From assembly GCA_964016885.1 (NCBI GenBank), contig OZ024760.1:19096001-19160000 (forward strand): a DNA stretch of 64,000 bases. Direction: 5' to 3'. This document shows positions 15,792 to 31,861 of this stretch, in pieces (position 1 is the first letter of the stretch; each line of letters opens with the position of its first letter). The translations under genes and the position numbers were made by a program. The notes under the pieces are model-generated. The model did not search any database. It had not been told where the DNA came from and saw only the letters and a program-made list of their open reading frames with translations. Source of the DNA: Eledone cirrhosa (Eukaryota).

Positions 15792-15935
15792 ATAATAATA
15801 AATGTGAAGACTAGAATCCTAGAATCCAAAGAGGGCTCGATATATTTTCTTCTGCGTTCACAGATTGAATTTTTTAGCTTCAGAAGATCCCGTTAATGGT
15901 GAAAGCAGCGATTCGTTGCTTAAACTTAAACTTTA

Positions 15936-15940
<5 letters not shown>
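15788..15940. mobile_element. Family F element (inverted 3' end plus a hammerhead with core mutated to CAGAAGA)
   Basis: Homologous to 35302-35460 and 23405-23520; GAAAGCAGCG-ATT-CGTTGCTT stem III. Confidence 0.7.
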
Positions 15941-15972
<32 letters not shown>

Positions 15973-16057
15973 TATATGTATATGTAAACAGCTATTGAGA
16001 TATCCGTTGCAACAATTGGGGAATTATCTTCCGAGGAGTTGTCTAATTTATCTGTTT

Positions 16058-17176
<1,119 letters not shown>

Positions 17177-17184
17177 CCCCATGG

Positions 17185-17405
17185 CGTTAAGCGACTGAGA
17201 GTATAATACTCCCGTCCCCTGCACAAGAAGACAGTCCATCACAGGGTTAACCTCCCCTGCTATTACTGTTGGTACTCATTATCATTTGGGTATACCGGAA
17301 ATACGTGAAATGAAGTTTTTTTTTACTCAATAACACAACACACAACCCTGTCCAGGAATTGAACCTATGACATTATGATGTAAATCCAACAGCTTTACCA
17401 CTATG
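17185..17405 (-). mobile_element. Degenerate tRNA-derived SINE
   Basis: Minus-strand GGTTCAATTCC B-box and a decayed body like the second SINE family. Confidence 0.55.
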
Positions 17406-17781
17406 TCAGTCTACTTTACTATGTCGAAATCCATTTGTAATCCGATCAGTCTATTTTTTTTTCTCACATTAGAATATTGTTCATTTCACGCATCTTCAAC
17501 TGTTTTGTTGTTACAAAGACAACTTTACAGCCCCCCCCCCCTTCTAAGAAGGTCAGACTAGAGAGTGCGAACACTTTACTCACAAACACACTAGGAATTA
17601 TGGTTTATTAATATAGTATGACTATTCGTTTCTATTTCTTCTGAAGAAGATAGAATAACGGTTACTACATTGTTGTTGGAAGCTGCATATTTTTACCAGG
17701 CACCACTTTCAGACGTCTGAAATGATGTCGTATATTCTTTTGTTATTTTCTTTTTTTCATTATTGTGTCCTCACCTTTTAG

Positions 17782-17969
17782 ACGTCACAGCAAACACTTT
17801 ATTCACAACCGCCTCTTTCCAGACACGCAACTGTCTAAGAACTTCTTCATTATTAACATCTTCTGCACACAGACATCAACTTACATTAGTTTCAAACGGA
17901 ATATCAACAGTATTCACTGCGAAACTTTAGGCATAACTGCGAACATAATGAATATAGACCAGCTACCAG
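17782..17969 (+). other. Candidate spliced exon of a host gene (possible start MNIDQLP at its 3' end)
   Basis: Long pyrimidine tract and CCTTTTAG acceptor at 17781; CAG|GTAAAT donor at 17970; one frame open throughout. Confidence 0.3.
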
Positions 17970-18461
17970 GTAAATATTTAATAGTTTTAAAACTTATGGT
18001 TGTTTTATTCTGTATATTATGCTACTTTTTATGACAATATATCCTTCTATCTGTATGTCCTTTTGTTGTCTGTTTTCTATATAGATATTCTATACTAAGA
18101 AATGGTTTACGCTATAAACATTTTCTATGGTCAGATGAAGTAGTCTTCATAAGGAATACTAATGTTCTTTTATCTACGGACGAATAGTTCTATAATAGGT
18201 ACCCAACATTATATAGTTGAAGCAATGTATTTTAGACAGTAACACACACATGCTTACGCACAAGTATAGCTCTTTCTACAAAACGTTTTCTTTTTCCATT
18301 GCATGTAGACGCGCTCCATCATCCACTTTTCTAAAGAATAAATCAGCACCACTGGTTTTGAAAGAGATGTCAACATGAATGAACCTGTTATTTTTATCTA
18401 AAGACATTTTTTGCAATTCTACCCCACCCGTCCCCTCAATCTATCTTATTTCTCATTCTTT

Positions 18462-18497
18462 TTTTCTGATGAAGGACTAGCATCCGAAACGTTAAAA
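18462..18497 (+). ncRNA. Minimal type I hammerhead ribozyme (family C copy 2; element ~18421-18572)
   Basis: TTTT-CTGATGA-A-GGACTAGCATCC-GAAA-CG-TT-AAAA. Confidence 0.75.
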
Positions 18498-18568
18498 CCC
18501 TCTTCCTGCTATATCACGCGTTAACCTAATACATCCCTTCCATATACTGATTGTGTTATTTCTGTTTA

Positions 18569-18603
<35 letters not shown>

Positions 18604-18727
18604 CAAAGATATATTTAATTTGTTGGTGATCAACAAATATATTTATAACAGATTAGAAGCACTCGACAGTTTTTCTGGAGTATAATATCAATGATATTAA
18701 TAAATAGAAACTATATTTATAAAACCA

Positions 18728-18781
18728 TATTTATTCTATATATTTCAAGCGTACTTTGGTACGCACTCATCAGATAAAATA
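18728..18781 (-). ncRNA. Hammerhead, family E-related, cleavage triplet apparently mutated (element ~18600-18800)
   Basis: Minus: TTTTAT-CTGATGA-GT-GCGTAC-CAAA-GTACGC-TT-GAAA-T-ATAT-A-GA-ATAAA. Confidence 0.65.
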
Positions 18782-18991
18782 CAAAATTTGTTTTATAGTG
18801 ACATACCGAGGAATCAAACCTTAACATGATGTTGAGTGGAGTAACACGAACTAGAGAGGGCTATAAAAACAATATTTGAATCGTAAAGTCATTTCTTTTC
18901 TTGCTATATTTACTGCTGGGTGGTTACTCTCTATATATAAGGTGGGAATGAATAAATACAATTGTTTCGGTAAAATCTATGACACGTAATG

Positions 18992-19168
18992 TGAAGGTGC
19001 ATGGCTTAGTAGTTAGAGCATTGTGCTTGCAATCAAAAGGTTGTGAGTTTGATTCTCGGACCAGGTAATGTGTTGTGTTCTTGAGCAAGACACTTTATTT
19101 TTCACGTTGCTCCAGTTTACTCAGCTGTAGAAATGAATTGCGATCCTTGTGCCAAAAGTAGAAATAAT
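18992..19168 (+). mobile_element. tRNA-derived SINE (second family head, internally deleted)
   Basis: TGGCTTAGTAGTTAG, GAGTTTGATTC, GTTCTTGAGCAAGACACTT. Confidence 0.75.
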
Positions 19169-19260
19169 TATATATATATATTTGTGTGTGTCTCTGTCTG
19201 TCTGTCTGTCTGTATGTATGTATGTATGTATGTATGTATGTATGTATGTGTGTGTACTAT

Positions 19261-19823
19261 GTCAGGTCACCAGTTGGTGCTACTGGTAACATGTATCCCA
19301 GTACAACCTGTCCCATGGTCGGGTCGTTGGCGACTAAACTGGCAACCCCACCAAGGTTTCTTGGTGAGGAGGGTGACTTTGGACATCCTGCAGGACTAAA
19401 AACAAAACCTGTCAAAGGAGCTCTTAAGAGCCAATTGCCATCCAAAATCACCGGGAGAGATGACCCCTTAGCCTTTGTCAGGGCAGAATTCTAGGAGAAG
19501 GAAAACTCTGATATAACACCTGCAACCCTGATGGTATCCAATGATGTTGACTTGTTCTTCTTTTTGGTAAATATCATCTTGGTTAAGAGAGTGGGACTGG
19601 TTTTGTGCAGTGCCTTTGCTCACTATAAAAGCTTCACGGCACAGGTATTGCTTTATATCTGGAGATCTCTCTGCACTTGTTGTCACATGGTACCATGGGC
19701 CCAGCACTGTGACAATAATTGTCACAAGTGTAGTGTTTGTACCAGAGTGCATCGGTAGGGGTTCTCTCCTACATGGATGTAAAGTAGTGGCCGTACTCGA
19801 AAACGAGTTGGCAGCCACCACCA
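19261..19823 (+). mobile_element. ~600-bp non-autonomous element in (TATG)n, copy 1 (internal deletions)
   Basis: High identity to 54964-55571 and 20014-20470. Confidence 0.85.
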
Positions 19824-20013
19824 TGTATGTATGTACATATATGTGTATGTATGTATATATGTATGTATGTATGTACGTGTATGTGTATGTATGTATGTAT
19901 GTATGTATGCATGTACATGTATATATGTATGTGCGTATATATGTATGTATATATGTAGGTATGTGCGTATATGTGTGTGTGTATGTATGTATATATGTAT
20001 GTATGTATATATA

Positions 20014-20470
20014 TCAAAGGGCAAAGGAGCTCTTAAGAGTCAATGGCCATCCAAAATCACCGGGAGACATGACCCCCTTAGCCTTTGTCAAGGCAGAATT
20101 CTAGGAGAAGGAAAACTCTGATATAACACCTGCAACCCTGATGATATCCAATGATGTTGACTTGTTCTTCTTTTTGGTAAATATCATCTTGGTTAAGAGA
20201 GTGGGACTGGCCTTGTGCAGTGCCTTTGCTCACTATAAAAGCTTCACGGCACAGGCATTGCTTTATATCTGGAGATCTCTCTGCACTTGTCGTCACATGG
20301 TACCATGGGCACAGCACCATGTGTCAATAATTGTCACAAGTGTAGTGTTTGTACCAGAGTTTTCAAGCTGGCTGGACTAAAAAGTCACACTCGTTCAGCG
20401 CATCGGTAGGGGTTCTCCTACATGGATATAAAGTAGTGGCCGTACTCGAAAACGAGTTGGCAGCCACCAT
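20014..20470 (+). mobile_element. Same ~600-bp element, left-truncated copy 2
   Basis: Shares the right end GGCAGCCACCA; lacks the first ~150 bp. Confidence 0.85.
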
Positions 20471-20550
20471 GTGTGTGTATATCTATACTGATACAAATTC
20501 TCACGCACCCTCCTCCACCACTTAAACGCACTCACACACCTCTTTCTCTT

Positions 20551-20581
<31 letters not shown>

Positions 20582-21300
20582 TGTATATATTTATGTGAAA
20601 ACGCACTGATTGCTCGCCATTACCGTCATCAGCGTCGTTCGGCATCATTTGTCGTCTATGCTGTAAAATGTAGTAGTTTCTAATTTACCATATTTTCTTG
20701 TTAACTCAATCAATGCTTCTGTGAGTTTAACCAAACTGCTTAGTGAAGCGTCAATAATAACAAGACCGAGCTATAAACCTGTCTGTCTAATCGTAGTTTA
20801 TAGCACAATGTAAAGTTCTCAGCTTTCTAATCTAAGATACATGCCAAACTTAATTATTTCAAAATTGAAAATCACCTTCACTTAACTGTTAAGAATGTTT
20901 CGATGGCGCTCTTTAGATCTTTGATTTAAATTCTAAAATTCGATCAGATCTTACGAAGATGTTTTAAAACATCAGTGATATAGATCGACATAGTAGTGTT
21001 TGCTTTATCAATAATTTATTAGTGTGGTAGAATGGTTAAGTCGTTCACTTCACAATGTTTAAGTTCTGGGTTCAATCTCGTTTCAAGCCATCTCGGGCAA
21101 GTGTTATTTACTTTCGCTTCGGATCACCCCAAGCCTTGTGAATGAAATTGAACAGAGGGACATCGTTTGGGAGCATATCGGACGAACTGCACCCGCAATT
21201 TAAAGAGTCGGACTTGCTCCACACAGTGTCATATTGGGTCTTCCGGAGAATTAAGTTAAGGGTGTACTCGTTCATGGTTAGATCAGTTACTTGCAATATA

Positions 21301-21445
21301 TCTGTTTCTACTTTTAGCACAAGGCCAGCAATTATCCCAGTGCATTACTGGTACTTTATTTTATTGACCCCGTAAGGATGAAAGGCAAAATTAACCTCGG
21401 CGGGATTTGAACTCGGATCATAAAGGGACGTAACTCTATGCTGAA
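21301..21445 (-). mobile_element. Deu/Nin-like SINE, head truncated
   Basis: CTGGTACTTTATTTTATTGACCCCGTAAGGATGAAAGGC..GGGATTTGAACTC. Confidence 0.85.
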
Positions 21446-21704
21446 AAGAGTTACTTGCAATATAATACAGTATGGAGTGTACAAGTAAATCAAGGGTTCA
21501 GACTGTCCACACATTAAGGATAGCGGGACCTTCTTGATGAAGTTAAGGGTACACATTCCATTGCAAAGATGGGCTGTATTATTTCCCAGTATTTGAACAC
21601 CAGAAATACCAACATTTGGGTTAAATAGCACATTTGATAAAATGATATAAGTACTGGAGTGGATATATGTACTTATAGGTCCATAACGCAATTATTTGAG
21701 CAAT

Positions 21705-22433
21705 GTTGTAGGCCAGCAAGAGGTCACCCTACTTCCCAGCTCAGGTATACCGACCCTCGGCACTTTTGTGGGCCAAAGTGCTCACCTCACTGCCAAACTC
21801 AGGAACAGCGATCCTCAGCACTTTTTTAGGCCAGCAAGAGCTCAGCCTACTGCCCAGCTCAGGGAAACCGACCCTCTGCACTTTTGTAGACCAGCAGGAG
21901 CACACCCCATTGCCCAGCTCAGGCATACCGACCCTCAGCACTTTTGTAGACCAGCAAGAGCTCAGCCTACTGCCCAGCTCAGGCATACCGATCCTCAGCA
22001 CTTTTGTAGACCAGCAAGAGCTCAGCCTACTGCCCAGCTCAGGCATACCGATCCTCAGCACTTTTGTAGACCAGCAAGAGCTCAGCCTACTGCCCAGCTC
22101 AGGCATACCGACCCTCAGCACTTTTGTAGGCCAGCAAGAGCTCAGCCTACTGCCCAGCTCAGCTATACCATACCAATACTCAGCCCTTTTGTAGACCAGC
22201 AGGAGCACACCCCATTGCCCAGCTCAGGGAAACCGACCCTCTGCACTTTTGTAAGCCAGCAGGAGCTCACCCCCACTGCCAAGCTCAGGGACATCTATCC
22301 TCAGCACTTTTGTAGGCCAACAGGAGTAGCTCACCCCCACTGCCCAGCTCAGACATACCGACCCTTAGCACCTTTGTAGGCCAGCAAGAGCTCACCTCAC
22401 TGCCCAGCTCAGGGACATCTATCCTCAGCACTT
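21705..22433. repeat. GC-rich 60-bp minisatellite, about 12 units
   Basis: CTCAGCCTACTGCCCAGCTCAGG begins lines 21841, 21961, 22021, 22081; 20-aa periodicity in the ORF track. Confidence 0.95.
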
Positions 22434-22698
22434 ACATGAGTGGGAGAGCTCTACACAATTCAGCTAGGTTATGTTCCATCAGTCTCTAGCAATCTGTGAT
22501 TTTATTTTTATCTCTAAGCATGTTATATCCTCGTAATGTTAAGCTATAGACACATGTTTCAACAATGAACTCTTTTAAGTCGTCAATCTACTTTCTCTAT
22601 CTCCAGTAATTCGTTGCATAAATAAAACTGGTGAAATAGAATACGAAAGGAAATGAGAAAAGATATGTTCTCGCTCTCTCTCTCTCGCTGACATGCCT

Positions 22699-22764
<66 letters not shown>

Positions 22765-23273
22765 ACATGTTCTCTCTCTCTCTCTCCATCTCTCTCTCTA
22801 TGACATGCTTGCTCTCTCTCTCTCTTAACCAGATAAAAATGAATATAAAAAATACAAATAAAATAAACAAAGGTGTCTATTTAATTTTGCTAAATTATTT
22901 TAAGGTAATCTTATCTGAGGCCATTCTACTGGCTGTGATTATCAGAAGTTAACTCAGTGGGTGTTACCTTGTCTCTGATAGATTAAAAAGGAACGTGTAA
23001 CGAAATATTGAAGGCCTCTCGGTTCTCTTTGTTGTAATCGGCTTCGTCTTTGTCCAGAATGTAAGCGACACTAAGTTCAAGTCTTGTTGTATGTTTTGTA
23101 CAGTCGAACAGGAAGTGAAGATGATTAAAAAAAAGATATTTTGAAGTGAACGGGACTCAATGGGTGACGGTTGGTGTAGTGTAGTCAATATAAATTAGTT
23201 ACAGATGAACTCGCAACCTAAACTCGGGCGGCTAATTCAGTAACTCTTGATCCATTCCATTTTTCTCTTTCTC

Positions 23274-23304
<31 letters not shown>

Positions 23305-23309
23305 GCCTC

Positions 23310-23340
<31 letters not shown>

Positions 23341-23404
23341 GCCTCTCTGTCTGTCTCTGTCTGTCTCTCTGTCGCTCTGTCTCTCAATATATATATGTAT
23401 ATAT

Positions 23405-23590
23405 ATTAATTTATTAAAATAAGATTAAAGTTTAAGCAAAGAATCGCTGCTTTCACCCTTAACGGGATCCTCTGAAGCTAACAAAGTCAATCTGTGAACG
23501 CAGAAGTGAATATCTCAAAAAACGTTGCAACCGGAGGAAGACAGGAAGACGATACTTTGGTTCGTGGAAACGTTCCCTGGCAAAGAACGG
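23405..23590 (-). mobile_element. Family F element, hammerhead core decayed (CAGAGGA)
   Basis: Homologous to 15850-15940 and 35390-35460. Confidence 0.65.
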
Positions 23591-23598
23591 GAAATAAT

Positions 23599-23644
<46 letters not shown>

Positions 23645-23645
23645 A

Positions 23646-23958
23646 TTTCGTTTCTGAATTTGTTTAGCAAGATTCTTTATCTGAAATCGTGTGTTGAAAC
23701 CGATATTGTTATACTTTGGGAGGGTCATGTTGCCAATAAGAAACACACGCACCAGTTGCTTTCACTTCAATTTATTATAATAAATTTATAATAAATTTAT
23801 AAATTTATAAATTTCTGGCTGGTTGGTTGGTTCCACAACCAGATAGATGTTTATATATAGTCATAGTTCTTTCGTCACACACTCTGTGACCTCTTCAGTG
23901 ACTGGGGATTCCTTTCTTTGTTTCTGTGCCTCTCCTTTGTTCTGTCCTACGCCATTTT
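23646..23958 (-). mobile_element. Family G ~315-bp hammerhead element in (TA)n; ribozyme at 23859-23903
   Basis: Reverse complement of 27610-27927; minus AGTCA-CTGAAGA-G-GTCAC..GTGAC-GAAA-G-AA-C-TA-TGACT. Confidence 0.85.
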
Positions 23959-24245
23959 TATATATATCTTTTCGATTCTCTCTCTGTCTCTCTACACACA
24001 CAAACAATAATATATGTAAGTACAGTGAATTTATCAATACTTGTCGATATTATTTCCGTGATGACATATATTCAAGATATTTAGTTACGGGGCATATCGT
24101 ATATATTATATCGTTCCTGCCACTTCGTGTTTTCTATCGAATTGCTATAAATCTGTCAGAAGAAACACACTTGAACTTATGGACTGCGGTTTGATATAGC
24201 CACAAAGACTACACATTTATTCGTTCCACAATCGTACATATATTC

Positions 24246-24249
<4 letters not shown>

Positions 24250-24299
<50 letters not shown>

Positions 24300-24301
24300 A
24301 C

Positions 24302-24336
<35 letters not shown>

Positions 24337-24344
24337 ATGTACAT

Positions 24345-24395
<51 letters not shown>

Positions 24396-24501
24396 ACATA
24401 ATATATATATATATATATATGTGTGTGTACATAATATATATATATATATATATATGTGTGTGTACATAATATATATATATATATATATGTGTGTGTACAT
24501 A

Positions 24502-24535
<34 letters not shown>

Positions 24536-24537
24536 AC

Positions 24538-24576
<39 letters not shown>

Positions 24577-24581
24577 ACATA

Positions 24582-24613
<32 letters not shown>

Positions 24614-24653
24614 ACATAATATATATATATATATATATGTGTGTGTACATAAC

Positions 24654-24685
<32 letters not shown>

Positions 24686-25369
24686 ACATAACATATATAT
24701 ATATATATATGTACATAACATATATATATATATATATATATGTGTGTATGTACATAACATATATATATATATATGTGTGTATGTACATAACATATATATA
24801 TATATATATGTGTATGTACATAACATATTATATATATATATATGTGTGTGTGTGTACATAACATATTTATATATATATGTGTGTGTGTACATAACATATA
24901 TATATATATGTGTGTGTGTGTACATAACATATATATATATATGTGTGTACATAACATATATATATATATATGTGTGTGTGTGTACATAACATATTATATA
25001 TATATATATGTACATAACATATATATATTTATATATATATATATGTGTGTGTGTGTACATAACACATATAGATATATATACACACAGTATACAACAATGG
25101 ATATGTTCACAATTACACACGCACACATGTATGTTTATATATATGCGTGTATTTATATATATATATTTCTATATATATATACATAAATGGACACATATAC
25201 GCACATACACACGCATATATGTGTATATATATATATACATAAATGTACACATAAAAACACGCATATATATATATATATGTATATATATATACATAAATGG
25301 ACACGTGTACGCACATACACACGCATATATGTGTATATATATATATATACATAAATGTACACATATGCA

Positions 25370-25412
<43 letters not shown>
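24250..25412. repeat. Compound (TA)n/(TG)n satellite with GTACATAA(C) core
   Basis: Direct reading. Confidence 0.93.
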
Positions 25413-25415
<3 letters not shown>

Positions 25416-25876
25416 GCTTGGCTTTTACGATTTAACTTTGAAAGACAATATTGGTTTATTCCAAGCACTGTACACATCAGAAATACATGGTTTTTCCAAT
25501 GCCTGAACAACACAAACTTTAACATGGACATGTCTAGATAATGTTATTATGCTTAAACTAAAACCATATGTCTGTGGTTATAAATAGTTTCAATATATCC
25601 TTGACTGTTTACATGGTCGTGTGGATTTACGTTTTCCATCGTAAGACGCCATGTCTGTTGCATCCTATGGAACTTTAGAGTAATAGTTCTCATGGAAGCT
25701 ATACAAAAATAAAATCCGATGTTTTCAAATGTATATACAGACATTTCATGACATAACCTGCTGGTAAAAGCTAATGGCAGATTCAGCATTTTATTTTATT
25801 TGAATTATATAATTCATACGACCGCGTCCATTGATTTGGAAATTTCTGTTGATCGTGTATTATCATCTCTCCCCTA

Positions 25877-25907
<31 letters not shown>

Positions 25908-25939
25908 AAATTTTATTTTTTGTTATATCTTATTTTATT

Positions 25940-26046
25940 TTTATATTTTGTTATTGCCTCCTCCTTATTGAGGACGCCTTTTTGTGTAAACTGCCCCCTT
26001 TGTACTTGTCCCACTTTTGATGCCCTAGTGGCAAATAAAAGAAACA

Positions 26047-26080
<34 letters not shown>

Positions 26081-26200
26081 CTAACTTTTTAAATTCCATT
26101 TGTGATAACATTTTACACGTTTTTATTGTATGTAAACTTCCCCCTTTGTATTTGTCCCCTTCTTTTGTGCCCCTGTGGCTAATAAAGAAATCTATCTATC
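25940..26200 (+). mobile_element. Two tandem retroelement-like 3' tails ending AATAAA(A)GAAA-(ATCT)n
   Basis: TGTAAACT..CCCCCTTTGTA.TTGTCCC..GTGGC.AATAAA occurs twice, each followed by (ATCT)n. Confidence 0.55.
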
Positions 26201-26312
26201 TATCTACCCATCCACCTCTCTTTCTCTCTCTCGCTCTGTATAGTGTAATATTTAAATTTCCATATTGTACGAAACACTGATTGTGTTGAATTTAATCTAC
26301 TTCGAAAGGTGG

Positions 26313-27552
<1,240 letters not shown>

Positions 27553-27609
27553 TTTTTGTTTATATATATATATATATATATCTATATATATATATATCTA
27601 TATATATAC

Positions 27610-27927
27610 AAAATGGCGTAGGATAGAAGAAAGGAAAGGCACAGAAACGAAGAAAGAAATCCCCAGTCACTGAAGAGGTCACAGAGTGTGTGACGAAATA
27701 ACTATGACTATATATATATATAAACAACTATCTGGTTGTGGAACCAACCAACCAACCAGAAATTTATAAATTTGTAAATTTATAAATATATAATAAATTA
27801 AATTGAAGTGAAAGCAACTGGTGCGTGTGTTTCTTATTGGCAACATGACCCTCCCAAAGTATAACAATATCGGTTTCAACACACGATTTCAGATAAAGAA
27901 TCTTGCTAAACAAATTCAGAAACGAAA
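27610..27927 (+). mobile_element. Family G ~318-bp hammerhead element in (TA)n
   Basis: Same two ends as 23646-23958; 3' fragment also at 62848-62940. Confidence 0.85.
27665..27709 (+). ncRNA. Minimal type I hammerhead ribozyme (family G)
   Basis: AGTCA-CTGAAGA-G-GTCAC-AGAGTGT-GTGAC-GAAA-TAAC-TA-TGACT; perfect stems I and II. Confidence 0.8.
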
Positions 27928-28174
27928 TATATATATAATGTTTGACATGTTTTCTGTTGATCTTCATTTGTTGTACCGTAAGCATAAAGTCAGCCTTTGA
28001 TTCTTTGGTAGTTTAATGGTCATGGTATGTCCAGACATAAAAACCACACCATTCTTTATTGAAGGTATACTGATGTGTATAGATGTCGTGTAGTAGTAGT
28101 AGTAGTAGTGGTTATGTGTTAGTGGGTGAGTAGGGGCCTGATTCAGTAGTGTAAGTGACCACGTAATTACTTCA

Positions 28175-28858
28175 TCGAAACCTTCTACCGAAAAACAGTA
28201 GCCATTACTGTCATCAACACATCCTTATAGCTGAACTTCCAAACAATATTTTATGAACATGTAAACCTTTCTACTAAGAGATGGCAGTTATGACTGTCAA
28301 CACATCTTAATAACTGAACATGTAAACAATAGTTGGTGGACATGTGAATCTTATACTCAAAGATGGTGGTTATTACTGTCGTCAGCAAAACACATCTTAG
28401 AATTGAATTTCTAAACAATAGTTGGACATGTGAATCTTTTATTCAAAGATAGCAGTTATTACTGCCGTCAATACAACACCCTAATAAGCGGAGTTTTAAG
28501 CAATTCTTTGTGGACATGTAAACCTTCTGTTCAAAGATGGCGGTTGTTACTGTCGTCAACACTTTCTAATAACTGAAATTCGAAACAATAGTGGGTGGAC
28601 ATGTAAACATTCTATTCAAACACGGCTGTTATTACTGTCGTGAACACATCCTGAACTTCTAAACAATATTTTATGGATATGTAGAACTTCTACACAAATA
28701 TGGCAGCCATTACTGTCAACAACACAACATCCTTGTAGCTGAACTTCTAGACAATATTTTATGAACATGTAAACCTTCTACTCAAAGATGGCGTTTATTA
28801 CTGTCACCAACACATCCTCATAGCCCAAACTTCTAAACAATACTTTATGGACATGTAG
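28175..28858. repeat. Degenerate ~85-bp tandem repeat, about 8 units
   Basis: TTACTGTC..CAACACATC..CTGAACTTCTAAACAATA..GGACATGT recurring every 78-88 bp. Confidence 0.85.
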
Positions 28859-30228
28859 ACATGTGGTATTTGTGTATGAATATTTCATAATATTTATTAA
28901 TTAGAAATTTTACTTGATATTTATATTTATATTCAACATAAAACTGAGCAAATTACGAAGATTAATGAATGTTTCTTTCATCAATAATAATTAATTATAA
29001 TCAAAGCAACAGCAATAGATACAGAGTTCAATATGGTTTGAAATTAAAAATGAAAATGAGTTCGTAGACTAATTACATTAAAGCAACCTTATATCTTTTA
29101 TTCCAGTGGTTTAATCACTCCCATTATATTTTTAACAATAAGAAAAGTTATAATACGAGAACATTTTTCTTACTATCTGCTCTGTAATATTTCTCTCATA
29201 TTTGTATATATATAATATATATATATATAATGTATATATATATTTGTATATATATAATATATATATATATAATGTATATATATATTTATATATATATGTG
29301 TATATATATATAATATATATATAGTGTATATAGATATAAATATCTCTATATATACACACATAAATTATATATTATATATATATATATATGCGTATCTGTG
29401 TTTGTTTGTGTATAGGTATGTATGTGTGTGTGTGTTTGTGTGTATAGGTGTTCATATGTTTGTGTATATATATGTGTGTATGTATGTGTTTGTTTATAAG
29501 TTTATATATATATATGTACATATTTAAAAATATACATGCACAACTGCATATCTACAGAAATATATTCACCAACGCATTTATACGGACACACGGACACACG
29601 GATAGACACACACGGACACACACACGGACGGGGACGGAGACGCGGACGGAGACGCGGACGGAGACGCGGACGGAGAGACAGAGACACAGACTATATTTAT
29701 ATAATATATAACTTGAAATACATCTACTCTCATTTCCTCATATATTCTACCTACAATAAACAAAAAAAAAAAACCCCTCCAGCTACGTAGACTAAATCCC
29801 GCTTATGTACTTCTTTGAAAATATCTAATTAGTGAAAATTGAATGTATATGCATTTGAGAAATCCATTCACGTGGGAAGTATTGTTTATATTTGAGTCTT
29901 GCCATGACCATCACCTATTATATTTAATTATTTACTCGTCTAGAAAATAATTTAGCAAAAGAAAATCTTGAAAAAAAAAAATTGTCTGGAAATTTATAAT
30001 ATATGCTTATATAAAGAAATTAATAAATAGTTTACATAATTTACATAAATCTTTCGTTACACATCTGCAACATCGTCAGTGGTGTTATATTCTTTTTTCC
30101 TCCTGTTGTGTAACGAAAGATTTATGTAAACTATATGTGTTTGTGTCTATATTGTATCTGTATTATTAATAAATAGTTTAATGTTGCAAATATAGTCTCG
30201 TATGATACTGGTTAGTGTTGGGCGTTAT

Positions 30229-30229
<1 letters not shown>

Positions 30230-30294
<65 letters not shown>

Positions 30295-30330
30295 CACATC
30301 TAAGTACATGTACGTACATGCATTTATATG

Positions 30331-30374
<44 letters not shown>

Positions 30375-30548
30375 AATATATATATATTATATATACATAC
30401 ACACACACACACATCTAAGTACATGTACGTACATGCATTTATATCTATGTATATATATATATATATATGTGTGTGTGTGAATATATATATATTATATATA
30501 CATACACACACATCTAAGTACATGTACGTACATGCATTTATATGTATG

Positions 30549-30580
<32 letters not shown>

Positions 30581-30659
30581 AATATATATATATGATATAT
30601 ACATACACACACACACACATCTAAGTACATGTACATACATGCATTTGTATGTATGTATG

Positions 30660-30703
<44 letters not shown>

Positions 30704-31335
30704 AATATATATATATATATTATATATACATACACACACACATCTAAATACATGCACATACACGCATATATATGTATATATATGTATATATAATGTGCAT
30801 ATATATATAATTACATATAATTTGCATATACATGTTTGTATACTAATATCTTTAAACATGTATAAAATTATATATGTATATATTTACACATACACGCATA
30901 TAAATATATGCATGTGTATATACATATATATTCATGTGTATATGGGTATATATATATATGTATATGGGTATATATGTATATGGGTATATATGTATATGGG
31001 TATATATGTATATGGGTATATATGTATATGGGTATATATATATATATGTATATGGGTATATATATGTATATGGGTATATATATATATATATATGTATATG
31101 GGTATATATATATATATATATGTATATGGGTATATATATATATATGTATATGGGTATATATATATATATGTATATGGGTATATATATATATATGTATATG
31201 GGTATATATATATATGTGTATATGGGTATATATATATATGTATATGGGTATATATATATATGTATATGGGTATATATATATATGTATATGGGTATATATA
31301 TATATGTATATGCGTGTATCTCTCTCTCTCTCTCT
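30230..31335. repeat. Compound satellites (CATCTAAGTACATGTACGTACATGC core; GTATATGGGTATA units)
   Basis: Direct reading. Confidence 0.92.
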
Positions 31336-31813
31336 CCCCACATACATACACACATGACAGCCAGCCTGATTATGCAAAAATATTAATATGCAGTCATCTT
31401 GTTTTTCTTTTGTTTTTTTTGTTGACATTTTATAAGAGAAAGAAAATTCAATTAGATACTAAATACTACAAATATTAATTGAAATTGTTATCAGAAGAAT
31501 GTGTGTGTATATATGTTTATGTATATATATGTGTATGTATATATGTGTGTGTGTGTATATGTATGTGTGTGTATATATGTTTGTGGATGTGTTAATTTTG
31601 ATACCGCTGTTATAGGTGCCACTGCTTTCGTTGTCGTCATTGTGGCCGCCATTTTGTTAATTTCCATCATTATTACTATATTATGATTATTATTATTAAT
31701 ATTTTTTTTATTCTATTATAATAAAGTACCAGTAATACACTGGGTAATTGCTGGCCTTGTCCCAAAAGTAGAAACTATTATCATTATTATTATTATTGTT
31801 ATTATTATTGTCC

Positions 31814-31857
<44 letters not shown>

Positions 31858-31861
31858 GTTC

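Noticed and set aside
19265-19385. Possible HDV-like ribozyme at the element 5' end (GGTCACC / GGTGACT)
   Set aside because: Could not assign P2, P3 and P1.1 by eye
21696-22379. 227-aa repetitive ORF
   Set aside because: Explained by a stop-free 60-bp tandem unit; TTG start and no other coding evidence
22545-22591. Minus-strand GTAGA-TTGACGA..GAAACATGTG-TCTAT
   Set aside because: Core mutated, G at the cleavage position, no stem II; too decayed to call
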